A model generated the notes under the pieces. The model was not told the DNA's origin. It made no database searches and saw only the letters and a program-made list of their open reading frames with translations. DNA of 64,000 nt from Octopus vulgaris (lineage: Eukaryota): NCBI GenBank assembly GCA_951406725.2, contig OX597818.1, positions 44,578,001-44,642,000 of the forward strand, read 5' to 3'. Both the position numbers and the translations under genes were made by a program. Shown here in pieces: positions 12,706 through 26,629 of this stretch. Position 1 is the stretch's first letter; each line of letters opens with the position of its first letter.

Positions 12706-13210
12706 TATATGTATGTATATTTATACATTCTTATATGTTCTTTCTTCATATTTTTTTAAAGTGTCACTGGTCATAGCAGTAAGCATTTCAGATTGATTAA
12801 AAATCACTGAATAAAATGGTTAGAGGAACTGAAATGTGCCTTGTGAGGTCCATGCATCTTGCTACCCACACACAAACACACACCAGACCACAAACACACA
12901 CACACACACACAAACATGCATAAATACTTATACATCATCATCATCATAACTGTCATCATAATTTAATGTCCATGTTGGCATGGGTTAGATGGTTCGACAA
13001 GATCCAGTGGGTCCAAGGAGTGCATCATGTACCAATATATATCTACACACACACATATGTATACATAAATGCATACATACATGCACACACATATACATGA
13101 TATATATATATATATATATATATATGTAGGTCCCGGGTTGATTCGGGGTTAACCACAGTAAGTAAGGTACTCAATACATAGCAGAGTAAAATTAATTTAT
13201 TATATAGAAG

Positions 13211-13263
13211 GAGCTTCTACAGGACTAGTACTGTTTCATTCAAGAGAAATCTTCAGGAAGCTC
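13211..13263 (-). ncRNA. Type I hammerhead ribozyme (mirror copy)
   Basis: Exact reverse complement of 13265-13317. Confidence 0.8.
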
Positions 13264-13264
13264 A

Positions 13265-13317
13265 GAGCTTCCTGAAGATTTCTCTTGAATGAAACAGTAC
13301 TAGTCCTGTAGAAGCTC
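13265..13317 (+). ncRNA. Type I hammerhead ribozyme (C3-G8 core, GUA site)
   Basis: gagcttc CTGAAGA tttc tctt gaat GAAA cag tactagtc ctg TA gaagctc: perfect 7-bp stem I, 4-bp stem III, ACTAGT palindrome in loop III. Confidence 0.82.
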
Positions 13318-13327
13318 CTTCTATATA

Positions 13328-13378
<51 letters not shown>

Positions 13379-13571
13379 AATACATATATATATACATATA
13401 TATACATATATAGATATATATATACACACACACATACATATATACATATATATATATATATGTATACACACACACACATATATATGTATACTTACGTACA
13501 CACACAGACATATATACTTACGTACATGCGCATATATATAGATACATATACACATATGTATCTATACATAT

Positions 13572-13606
<35 letters not shown>

Positions 13607-13682
13607 CATACATACGTATATAATGTGCATATATATATATACATATATACCATACCTATATATATACATACATATGTATATA

Positions 13683-13736
<54 letters not shown>

Positions 13737-13759
13737 CATACATACATATATATATATAT

Positions 13760-13897
13760 ACTCCGTTGTGTCTGGGGAGATTCATTTTCTTTTTGTGCCT
13801 TATAATGTAACACACTCACCAGCAAAATTTCCACTTATTTTTGAACTTTTATTTTCCTAAAAAGTTTTGTTGCATCTTGCAACCTTTTCAATAGTCT
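13760..13897 (-). mobile_element. Family F module with U3-A8 hammerhead-like fold (13857-13894)
   Basis: Homologous to 57453-57680 and 62240-62438; minus strand reads cta TTGAAAA g gttgc aagat gcaac AAAA cttt..tag; TA-flanked. Confidence 0.7.
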
Positions 13898-13944
<47 letters not shown>

Positions 13945-14625
13945 CATATATGCATTAATTATTAATGACAGATCCAGTATTATTACCAAAAGGTGACCTT
14001 TATATCCAACTTAACATGGATGCCTCGTTAGAACAACCAAATACTCCATTATTAGCCTTGAGAGATCCTCTCACATAGGTACCTGGTGCATAAAAGCACA
14101 GAGATAGATCATAGCAGACACCCATGAGAAATGAATTTCGTCTGCTACAAGCCATGAGTGTGCTTCTATGCACCAAGTTCTCTCTGAGTCTCTGTCTGTC
14201 TCTCTCTTTCTCTCTCTCTCACACACACACACATTAGGCTGTATGTACATGAATTCATATACAGAGTGAAAGTGAACAATGCAAAAAGACACACAATAAC
14301 CCAAGTAGAATAAATGCCTAATGCATTAATTATAATTCAGCCTACAGCATTTGGTTACTTACAGTATATCATATCCTTAGGGTAATCATCATATGAGAGT
14401 ACAGCATCTGAACTGCTTAATACTCACAGTCAGTTGCATTTCTGATGCTGCATTTACATCAGACGAGTACCCTAAGGATATTTAAAAGATATGAAACTTC
14501 ATGTAATGAAATACTCTAAAGTGGAGTTGTAGCAAACTCATTAAATGTATACACATGCGTAAACACATATACACATAGATGCATTTATATATGTATGCAT
14601 GTATATATGTGTGTGTGTGTGTGTG

Positions 14626-14770
14626 TGGAGGTACATGGCCTAGTGGTTAGAGCAGCAGACTCGCGGTCGAGGGATTGCGGGTTCAAATCTCAGACCGGGG
14701 CGATGTGTATGTTTATGAGCAACACACCTAAGCTCCATGCAGCTCGGGCAGAAGGTAATAGCAAACTTCT
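14626..14770 (+). mobile_element. SINE family D 5' part (tRNA head)
   Basis: TGGCCTAGTGGTTAG (A box) and GGTTCAAATC (B box); homologous to 20877-21171 and 58672-58960. Confidence 0.85.
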
Positions 14771-15292
14771 GCATATATGTGTGTATATATATATATGTGT
14801 ATTTGTGTATATATACACACACACACATATATATCATTTTCTATATATATATATGCACACATATATATCATTCCATATATATATATATAAATAAATAAAC
14901 CATGGCCATCACTTGTAAGTGAGCATTGCATAGTAGCTTGTATGACGCTTTAAGTAATCGCTATGAATTTGCAAGCAGACATACACACATTCTCATCATC
15001 AACCCTGGCCCTAATGGAAGATTGCGAATGTAACAACTGAAGGGGGATAGAACTGTACCAGTGATTTGCTGGTACTCGTTTATAGCTGAGCAAAATGGAA
15101 CAATGTGAAATGAAGGACCTGAGTGAATGACAGACTGTATCACCTAATCCAGGAACTGAACCAACGTCCCTGTGATCATGAGCACAGCACCCTCACCACT
15201 ATACTAAGCACCTTCACATGCACACAAACATACATGTGTAAACACACATGCCCCACACACACATACATATACATGCAGATATCATTATTACC

Positions 15293-15512
15293 TATTTCTT
15301 TATTGCCCACAAGGGGCTAAACATAGAGGGGACAAACAAGGACAGACATAGGTATTAAGTCGATTACATAGACCCCAGTGTGTAACTGGTACTTAATTTA
15401 TTGACCCCAAAAAAATGAAAGGCAAAGTCGACCTCGGCGGAATTTGAACTCGGAACGTAACGGCAGATGAGATACCGCAAAGCATTTCGCCCGGTGTGCT
15501 AACGCTTCTGCC
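15293..15512 (-). mobile_element. SINE family B
   Basis: Minus strand reads GGCAGAAGCGTTAGCAC..GAGTTCAAATTCCGCCGAGGTCGACTTTGCC..CCCCTTGTGGGCAATAAAGAAATA; about 9 copies in the window. Confidence 0.9.
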
Positions 15513-16046
15513 ATCATCATCACCACCCACTACTACCACCATATCACCACCAATATCATCCTCATTTTTACCATGCTCCTATGTGTTTGATGAGTTCAGT
15601 TGGTCATTATAATCCAAGCCCCTTCTTGATGGGTGTCACTGCTCTCATAGATTTTTGCATATACTTGCCATTTTCCCTTGGTTTCTACAGCAGAATATCC
15701 ACCCTAACATGCATTTCCATGTGCTACAAACAGAAACTAATAGGCCCTCACTGAGACATGACAAAAGGAATCTCACAAAATTGTGTTTTGCAATACACTT
15801 TGGGGGTCGTGGGGTACTTGGGTGTATTTGTTGTGGCACCAACAAGATGTCTGTCATGGACTGGGAGGTGGTAAAGTGGGTGCCATGTTCAGTTTACATG
15901 TAAAGTGTATTCAGTAACCAGAGATGATTATTTTTGCTCAGATAATACAATCCAGAGATCCCATGGGAGAACAGCTGCAAGAACGGGTGGGTGAAAGGGG
16001 CACATATAAATGTGTGTGTGTGTATATACATATACACACATAAAAT

Positions 16047-16089
<43 letters not shown>

Positions 16090-16130
16090 CAACATTTATA
16101 TATATATATATAGCTTATATATACACACAC

Positions 16131-16171
<41 letters not shown>

Positions 16172-16210
16172 CATACATATTTATATACATGCAAAAAACA
16201 TATATATATA

Positions 16211-16244
<34 letters not shown>

Positions 16245-16257
16245 TATACATGCAAAA

Positions 16258-16303
<46 letters not shown>

Positions 16304-17039
16304 ACCTATCTACACCCACACACACACATTTGTATGTATGTGCATGTATATATATATATAAATGTAAATGTATGTATGTAGGTATCTGCAAAAGACATTT
16401 TACACAGAGAACTATATATATATAAAACTTATCATTACACTTATACATAGTTTTATGTATATATATATATATATATATTTATATATAAGTTTGGATATAC
16501 TCCTTAATATTATTATTAGTATATATATATATAAAACTTATATCAATACACATGTAGTTTAATGTGTATGTATGTATATATATATATATAAACATTTTCT
16601 CAATAGAATTTATTCATCATTCAAAAGTGATTATACATTTTTTAAAGTTGGCAAATTTTGATTTAACAAAATATAAAAAAAAACAATTTTTTAAAGAACT
16701 TTTGAAATTATATATGTATGCATATCTATACACCTATCAGCACACACAAACACACCACCCCATATATGTACTTATATCCATATATATATATATATATATA
16801 TAAATTTATACATATATATTAACATACCTACATGTATCTTTATATATACAGACATGCACACATACATTCATGCATGCATGCTCATATATCTGTTCCACAT
16901 GTGCAAAAGTTGTGCACAGTTGGCTTACTGAAATCACTCCATGTACATAACCTTAAAAATAGCAATTATATTTTCTGCCCTTATTACGTTCTATATACAT
17001 GTTTACACACACATACACACATAGCTTTTTTCGTCTCCT

Positions 17040-17270
17040 CTTCATCACCATCATCTTTGTTTCGCATCTGTTTTCTACATGTTGGATGTGAAACAAGAAC
17101 CGGCGAACCTGAGGACCGTGCTGAGACCCAGCGTCAGCTTTGGCAAGGTTTCTATGGCTGGATGCACTTCATAACAACAACCACTTTGCAGAGAGCACTG
17201 GGTGCTCTTTTCGTGGCAGAAGCACAAGTGAGGTCGCCAAGTAACTCACAAGATGAGATTTCTGTAACAG
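17040..17270 (-). mobile_element. Old diverged RTE 3' UTR copy
   Basis: GCATCCAGCCATAGAAACCTTGCC motif and CAT-rich tail; similar to 9330-9537. Confidence 0.55.
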
Positions 17271-17384
17271 AACAGGGATGTGGTATTGAGGAAGATGTTT
17301 TTTGTGCCAGGTGTTAAGATGTTGAATATGACAGAACGAGAGGAACAGGTGTCTGGCTGAAAAAGAAGATACATGGCTCCCCCA

Positions 17385-17433
<49 letters not shown>

Positions 17434-17583
17434 AGGGAGTACCAACAAGGGAAAAAGTGGATATAAGAGAGAGACAACAGGTATGAAGGATTAGAAAAGG
17501 TGGGTGGATAGGTGGGTTTGTGAGAGAGTGAAAGGAATGTGACAGATGTGGATTGCATGTGTATGTATACATATATACATATG

Positions 17584-17627
<44 letters not shown>

Positions 17628-17890
17628 TATATGGATACACACATATATATAGTTACATATGTATGTATATATATATACCTTTATATATACACTTTATACA
17701 TGCATATATATGCTATTCATATATAATTTATACACACACACACACATACATATACATACACGTATATATGATGATGATATATATATATATATATATACCA
17801 GTGTGTATATCTATATGTATATATAAATGCATATTTATATATACATATTCATATATACATGCATATGTACATGTATTGATGTATATATTT

Positions 17891-17922
<32 letters not shown>

Positions 17923-18359
17923 ACATCTTTTTATGTGTTTGTATGTAAGTAGTATATATATGCATGTACATATATATATATATATATATATATGCATTTA
18001 TATAGATATATATACATATATATATAGATATATACACACACACATATATATACACACACACACATATATATATACATATATATAGATATACATACATATA
18101 TATATAATACATATACAAATACATATATATATTCCTAGAAAAATGTATATACAAAATACATACACACACATATGCATAACATACAAACATACATATATAA
18201 ATTCATTATTTACATATATACACACTCACATACAAATACACATCTATATACATGTATAAATACATAGACATACATATATACACACACACCTGCTCACAAG
18301 CATATAATATATCAATACATGCATACATGTATACTTTTTTATATATATATATATATATA

Positions 18360-18428
18360 TGCATGCACTTATCACGTTATATTTATAAACAATATACCTG
18401 AAACATTTTCTGTATATAAATGGACCTC

Positions 18429-18470
<42 letters not shown>

Positions 18471-18539
18471 GAGGTCCATTTATATACAGAAAATGTTTCA
18501 GGTATATTGTTTATAAATATAACGTGATAAGTGCATGCA
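18360..18539. repeat. Perfect 180-bp palindrome centred on (TA)n
   Basis: TGCATGCACTTATCACG..GGACCTCTTTT(TA)nAAAAGAGGTCC..CGTGATAAGTGCATGCA. Confidence 0.92.
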
Positions 18540-19700
18540 CACAAACTCACACACATACACAGACAAGCATGTATATCGATTTACAAAGAGAATCCAGGTG
18601 AAAATTAAAAGTAAAAAGAAACCAAAATATATACAGCAGTAAAATGTAAGAAATAGTTACAAGCATTGAAAATTTACCTTGCTGAATGAAGCATGACTCT
18701 GTAAAATACATGATTTCTATAAAGTATAAACTTTTTTTCCTTCTTTTTCTATCAATTACCTTTCTTTATGTAAACTGTTGTACCTCCCTGCCCTCAGTTT
18801 GTTTTTTGTTGTTTTTTTTTTTTCTTCCAAACGACACCTTGTGTATAAGGTAAAAACACAGTAAGTTTGGGATTCAGAAATGATCGCTGCCCTTTTATCA
18901 ACTCCCAAAAGAACCAAGTAACTAAATTGTTCTAAGAACTACAACAAATCATACCCCAGTCCCCGCTCAGTTGAATTGTCACTGGTGTGGAAGCCACAGA
19001 TAATAGTACTACTTCTCACACTGCTACCCTTCTTATATGAAGACAAACCAATTACGACTCCTACTACCGTTACAGATGGTGTTGCACTGCCACTGTCTGT
19101 GCTGCTGTTACTTATGTTGCATGCACTCATTCGGCTTTTTTTTCTTCTTTTTTTTTTATTTCTTTTGAGTGTGGCACTTTCAATGCAAAAAAAAAAAAAA
19201 ATCCCTAATGATGATGATGGTGAAGATGTAAAAAGATGATGGTGAAGATGTAAAAACATGATGATGATGATGAGAATGAGTGAGAGATTAAGGCTGAGTG
19301 TGATAATGATGATAGTTTTAATATGATGATGATGATGATGATGATGGTTGTTGTTGATGAGAATATCAGTTATGAGAAATGACAAACAGGAGGGTAAAAT
19401 GAAGAAGATAAAAAAAGGAAAATGAGACACGTAAACGCATACATGAGCACACTTATACACACACTAGTATTCCCTCACTCTCTCTCTCTCTCTCTCTCTC
19501 TTTTTCCTTCACATTCTCTCACATGCAAATACTCAGTTGTAAGCACACATACCCAGCAAAGGCCATAATGACACTAATTTCTTTAATAAATAGCATGAAT
19601 CCAATTACATAACTTGATACACACATTTGTAGAAAGGAAACTATTAGAATGATATACATACATACGTACAATATATATAGAGTGATAGATAGATAGAGAG

Positions 19701-19756
<56 letters not shown>

Positions 19757-19801
19757 ATAGATAGATGGATAGATAGATAGATAGATAAATAGGAATATAC
19801 A

Positions 19802-19873
<72 letters not shown>

Positions 19874-19906
19874 CATATGTATAGACATATATATATATAC
19901 ACACAC

Positions 19907-19948
<42 letters not shown>

Positions 19949-20034
19949 GCATATATATTCATATATATACATATATATGTACATATACACACACTTATAT
20001 ATACATATATATAAACCTGCATGTATATACAAAC

Positions 20035-20078
<44 letters not shown>

Positions 20079-20456
20079 GCATATATATTCATACATATAC
20101 ATATATATGTACATATACATGCACAAACCCATACACATACATATGTATACTAATACATATACATATATACGTACACACACATGCCCGCATGCGCATACAC
20201 ACACACAAGCATGCATATACCTAATATCATATCAAATTGACATTGTATACAGAAATGTCTGACATTCCTATACACACTACCGTGAAGAGGTAGATTTACA
20301 TATTTAATCTTTACTCCCACCCACACGATTTTATTATATACACAAAATAAAAGCAAAAAAAATTCAAAATGAAGCAGTCTCACATCAGTTACATATGTGT
20401 ATATTTTAATGTATGCATAAATACATGTGTAACCATATATGTGTGCGAGTATGTGC

Positions 20457-20518
<62 letters not shown>

Positions 20519-20622
20519 ATATATTTGCAAATATATGTCTGCATGAATCTATCTGTGCATATGTATTCATATACATACATACGTACACACATGCACACAC
20601 ATATGCACGCATGAATGCACAT

Positions 20623-20708
<86 letters not shown>

Positions 20709-20711
20709 AGC

Positions 20712-21512
<801 letters not shown>

Positions 21513-21534
21513 AGGAAAAGATATATATATATAT

Positions 21535-21855
21535 CATCATCATCATCATCGTCATCATCATTTAACATTTGTTGTCCATCCTGCATGGGTTGGACCAGGC
21601 TGGCATACTGGAATGCCTGCACCAGACTCCAGTCTAATTTGGTGTGGTTTTCTAAAGCTGGATGCCCTTCCTAATACCAACCACTCCAAGAGTGTAATGG
21701 GTGCTTTTATGTATCACCAGCACGAGTGCCGGTTTGTGTGACACTGGTATTTGTGATGACTTGATGGGTCTTTTTCTGAAGCACGACATAATGCCAAAGA
21801 TCACAGTCATTGTCATGAGGCCCAACGTTTGAAAGGAACTCAGCCATTTTGTCTC
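21535..21855 (-). mobile_element. RTE LINE ORF C-terminus plus 3' UTR
   Basis: Minus strand encodes DCDLWHYVVLQKKT (DRDLWR-type RTE end) running into the common 3' UTR and (GAT)n tail. Confidence 0.8.
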
Positions 21856-21868
21856 AGTGATGCATACA

Positions 21869-21901
<33 letters not shown>

Positions 21902-21978
21902 GCCTCTGTGATGCATGCATGTATGTATGTATATATATATGCATGTATCTCTTATTATAAAATGTATATATATATGCA

Positions 21979-22034
<56 letters not shown>

Positions 22035-22109
22035 TTATATATATATATATGTAGGACTATTGTAAATATTAAAACTTTTCCTGGCAAAAAAGTGGCAGGT
22101 GACTTCAGT

Positions 22110-24110
22110 GTCAGAGCTAGACAGAGTCAGAATCGGAGAAGGAGGAGATTGTACACCAAAATGGAGAAGATGGAGATGTAAGCTGAACGATCAAGCAATT
22201 GGGAATAGGTTTAGAGAAATTGTAATTGATACAGTAGGAAGAGAGATTTAAATACTTGTAGCATAGATGACATCTGGGAATTTCTACAAAACAAGTTGCT
22301 GAAGACTAGAAATCAGACATGTGGCTGAAGTGAAGTTCCAACCAAACCAAAAATAACATTGTTGTGAACTGACACAATTTATATGGTGGTAAAAGCTAAG
22401 AAACAGGCCTGGAAAACTGGAAGGATAGTATTAGAAGGGAGCATTGTCAAGAGGCTAGGGGTTAAGAGACAGGTATATTTGGCTGAGGGTGAAGCAGAAA
22501 GGAAGAGTTTTGTGTATGTTCTACACTGCAAGGATCAAATGCATGTTTAGGGTTGTGAGACACTTGTGTGAAAGAGAACTATTACATCATTGGTGTGAAT
22601 TGTATTTGTAATGATGAACACAAACTTGCCATCAACATAGAGGAAAAAAATGTAGCATCATCATCATCGTTTAACGTCCACTTTCCATGCTAGCAAGGGT
22701 TGGACGATTTGACTGAGGACTGGTGAACCAGATGGCTGCACCAGGCTCCAATCTTGATCTGGCAGTGCTTCTACAGCTGGATGCCCTTCCTAACGCCAAC
22801 CACTCCGAGAGTGTAGTGGGTGCTTTTACATGCCACCGGTAAGAGGTCCAGTCTGGCAGTACTGGCAATGGCTACACTCAAAAATGGTGTTTTTTACGTG
22901 CCACCTGCACAGGAGTCAGTCCAGCGGCACTAGCAACGACTTCGCTCGAATGTTTTGTTCACGTGCCAGTAAGGCAACGCTGGTAAAGATTATGTTCAAA
23001 TGATGCTTTTTACGTGTCCGCCAGCACATAAGCCAGACAGCTGCTCTGGCAGTGATCCCACTTGGATGGAGCTGTTAGCGCTCAACTGGCACGGGTGCCA
23101 GTCATCGAATTTGGTTCAATTTCAATGGAAATACTATTTTGAGAGGCTGCTGAATGTGGAGAATGCATGGGATAAAGTTGGGCTACCTTATTCTGATTCT
23201 ACAGAAGGACCAACAATTCAAATGAACAGCAGTATGATAGTTAAAGTGATTAACAAAATGGAAAGAGAAAAAAGTGGCAGATCCATGAGGGATAGCTGAA
23301 GAGATGCTCAAGATATGTAGTGAGGTAGGATACATGATTACCTCCTAGATAATCAAGTTATACAGAAAGGTGTTAAACCCAATAATAGGCATAGATGCAT
23401 CAGTGTAAACTACTACAAAGGCATAACAGATACTTTAGAGAGAGGAAACTATAGAAGAGAGGAAACTATATAGAGAGGAAACTATATAGAGAGGAACCAA
23501 TAGAAGATTCAGACTGCTGGATCAGGTTCTGAAGATCATGGAGAGAGACATAACAGAGTAGCCCTAAATGAAATGTAGATTGGTTTCATGCTTAGAAGAA
23601 TCTTCCTTGTGGGGCAACAGCAGGAGAAATACGTGGCTTAGAGTAAACCATTATTCCTGACATTCTTTGACAGTGTAACATGTTCGGTAATTTGGTAGTT
23701 ACTAAGGGAATAAGGTGTAGATGAATGCATTGTGAAAACTGTCCAAGCTATATTCAAAGATACAGTAAAGTGAGAGTCGACAAAAATTTCATCAAGTGTG
23801 AGTACTCAGTGTTTCCCTATTCATCAGAGCCCTAAATGCCATCACAAATAAATTGAAGACTGCCAGTCCAAACATTAAGGTTTTATTTAATAGGAAAGAA
23901 GACAGGGCTCAGATATCTTCAAGGAAATGACCTCACCCAATAAGCAGAAAATGGAGTAGATATATGTTCCATATGTTGTAACCCAATATAAGCTATGGAT
24001 ACCTAAGAAGAGTAGAGGAATAACAGGCAGACTACCAGACACAGAAAGCTTCATATGTCATTGATGTACTTATATACACTATAAGAACAATGGAAATAGA
24101 TCCTCTGAAA
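22110..24110 (+). mobile_element. Heavily decayed RTE LINE (linker and RT), interrupted at 22657-23121
   Basis: KAKKQAWK; WKYYFERLLNVENAWDK..STEGP; NYYKG..ERGNYR; RLLDQVLKIMER. Confidence 0.8.
22657..23121 (-). mobile_element. Younger RTE 3' UTR insertion
   Basis: (CAT)n start and conserved UTR; removing it restores NVAWKYY in the host LINE. Confidence 0.85.
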
Positions 24111-24422
24111 TGTTGTCTAGGTGGAAAATATTTTTCTGGGATTATTTCCACAGTAGAATGTCTTTCCACATCCAAATGTATTCAAGCTTGTTAAATATGA
24201 CTTAAGCACAAAAATATTTTATTCAACACTACTCTATGTGACTTCAATCTATTTAATTTGAGCTTGACCAAGCTTCATACACATCAGCAAATGTATTGTA
24301 TGCTGTTTGCATATAAGAATTTGTTCTTATGTGAATGAGAAATTTAACACTCATGATTGATGACATGAAAACATGTAGAAATATATGCATCCTACGATGC
24401 AATACTCATTTGTATTATTTTT

Positions 24423-24469
<47 letters not shown>

Positions 24470-24959
24470 AAAATAAGACAAAAGAATTGTAAATGCACTA
24501 AATTTCTATTTATACATTTGAATAAAACAAGGTTTATGTTCTGGCATAGAAAAAAATATTTGTATTATATATAAATTGAAAATAAAGATTCAAATTTATT
24601 TTTTTCACATAAAAAATGTTTTCATATAAAAAATTTATTGTAAAAATATTAGTATAAGTCTTCATAAGATAAGTTTTACACATACACCAGTACAATAAAA
24701 AATGACAAAAGTTTTACTGAATTAGTGTTTTGCTCAAAACAATTTGCAGAAAAAAGGAAATCACATTTTACTAACTGGTTTATGCTGTTATCAGCTTCCA
24801 AATTTAAAAATATTTTCTTCCATGCAGTTTTCCTCCCATATATATATATATATGATGGATTTCCTATTGGTTTCAACATATGAGGATCTGACAACATACT
24901 CTTTCTTTGCCAGTCGTAATACTTATGTCAAATGTGACATTTAAAACCTGCCAAAGATT

Positions 24960-25110
24960 TGCAAAGAAGCCCACAGAGTTTCTAATGCTGACCTGTTTAG
25001 CAAGTGTAAGCTTGGTAGATTCAAGAGCTTCCTTATTCAGTCACAATTGCACTGGGCTGGACACGTCATCAGAATGAGTGGCAAAAGAATATCCAAAGTC
25101 CTTATGTACG
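24960..25110 (+). mobile_element. RTE (BovB-like) fragment
   Basis: VSNADLFSKC..QSQLHWAGHVIRMSGKRISKVLMY (LRWAGHV.RM motif). Confidence 0.8.
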
Positions 25111-25184
25111 ACATATATACATGTATGTATATGTGTAAGTATGTATGTATGAAATTCAGGCCCAAACCGACCTTAATATCTAAG

Positions 25185-25185
<1 letters not shown>

Positions 25186-25216
<31 letters not shown>

Positions 25217-25465
25217 TGTATGTATGTATGTATGTATGTATGTATGCATGCTTGTATGTATGTATGTATGTATGTATGTATGTATGTATGTATGCATGCT
25301 TGTATGTATGTATGTATGTATGTATGTATGTATGTATGCATGCTTGTATGTATGTATGCATGTATGTATGTATGTATGTATGTATGTATGTATGTATGTA
25401 TGTATGTATGTATGCATGCTTGTATGTATGTATGTATGCATGTATGTATACATGCATGTATGTAT
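25186..25465. repeat. (TATG)n microsatellite with periodic CATGCTTG interruptions
   Basis: Direct read. Confidence 0.95.
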
Positions 25466-25734
25466 GTGCACATATACTTTGTTTTTGCAAGACACTTTAT
25501 GTAAATTTTTCTGAGAATAGGGAGGGTCATTATGCCAGTTTTATTAACATGTGCACTGGTTCAATTCTACTCCTTTATCATAAGTCAATTGGTTAAATAT
25601 CCAATTAACTAACCAATTGTTTGTTTAATTCGGTTGGACAGTAAGTTTTTTTTTTTTGCTTTGTTAAAGTTCTTTCATTGCTATTTGTATGTGTGAGTGT
25701 GATCATAATAATCATATATATATATACACGTACA

Positions 25735-25870
25735 TTTTTGTCACCATTTACCACTCCTCTTTCATCACCTCCATCCACTATAAACCCACAGACTCACACT
25801 GCTATCTCAACTTATCCCAACCTGTCCATTCCTTACTTTCACTTTCTCTGTTTGAGGGTTCTGTAGTGAT
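25735..25870 (+). mobile_element. Penelope-like element RT C-terminal remnant
   Basis: FITSIHYKPTDSHCYLN, then after a frameshift SIPYFHFLCLRVL; matches the PLE thumb pattern T..YxKPTD...YL...SIP.SQFLRLRR.CS. Confidence 0.75.
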
Positions 25871-25963
25871 ATTAAGCTAATATCTCTTGTTCGTTGTTCC
25901 CTCACCTATCTCTGTGTTATCTTTTGTTTTTTGTACATTTCTCCTTTTTTTTCTCTCCTTGTT

Positions 25964-26001
25964 TCTTTCTGTGGAAGAGTGTAGGCTCGAAATATTAAAG
26001 A
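25964..26001 (+). ncRNA. Minimal hammerhead fold, A6U variant (family E)
   Basis: tcttt CTGTGGA a gagt gtag gctc GAAA ta TT aaaga; palindromic AATATT stem III. Confidence 0.6.
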
Positions 26002-26114
26002 CTATTTCAATTCCCGAGCATTATACTAATACATGCGTTTACTTTCTACACCACTTGACTTCGTCTTTTGTTTTTTTTTGTGAATTTTCCCTATATATAT
26101 ATATATATATATAT

Positions 26115-26256
26115 CAGAGTGGTTGGTATTAGGAAGGGCATTCAGCTGTAGAAACCTTGCCAGATTAGATTGGAGCCTGGTGCAGCTGCTGGCTTTCCAG
26201 ACCTCAGTCAAACCGTCCAACCCATGCCAGCATGGAAAACGGATGTTAAACAATGA

Positions 26257-26260
<4 letters not shown>
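26115..26260 (+). mobile_element. RTE 3' end with (GAT)n tail
   Basis: Conserved UTR motifs. Confidence 0.85.
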
Positions 26261-26308
<48 letters not shown>

Positions 26309-26588
26309 GAGGAGAGACCACTAAGTGGATCCCTTGCATGCTAAAAATACAATGGTCAGCAAACCGTCCTATGCTAACCACTGGTTCAAATTGGCATTAT
26401 TTAATAATATTAATTTCTACCCTTATATATACAGATATCAATTTATTTATAGGAAGCTAATTATATGGCCGTAAGAGCTTTATAAATGTGAAACCATTGG
26501 TCACTCTGTGACCGACCATATATCTAGCTTCCTATAAGTGCTCTAATGTTTAGAATGTACTTCTTTTTTGGATATATGATCTACTGAC

Positions 26589-26629
<41 letters not shown>

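Noticed and set aside
14626-14700. tRNA-like sequences with A and B boxes (also 21100-21171, 37533-37600, 58672-58745)
   Set aside because: They continue into shared SINE bodies and lack a proper acceptor stem, so they are SINE heads rather than tRNA genes.
18939-19460. 173-aa minus-strand ORF
   Set aside because: Mostly low-complexity (CAT)n and T/A runs; the remainder has no recognisable domain.
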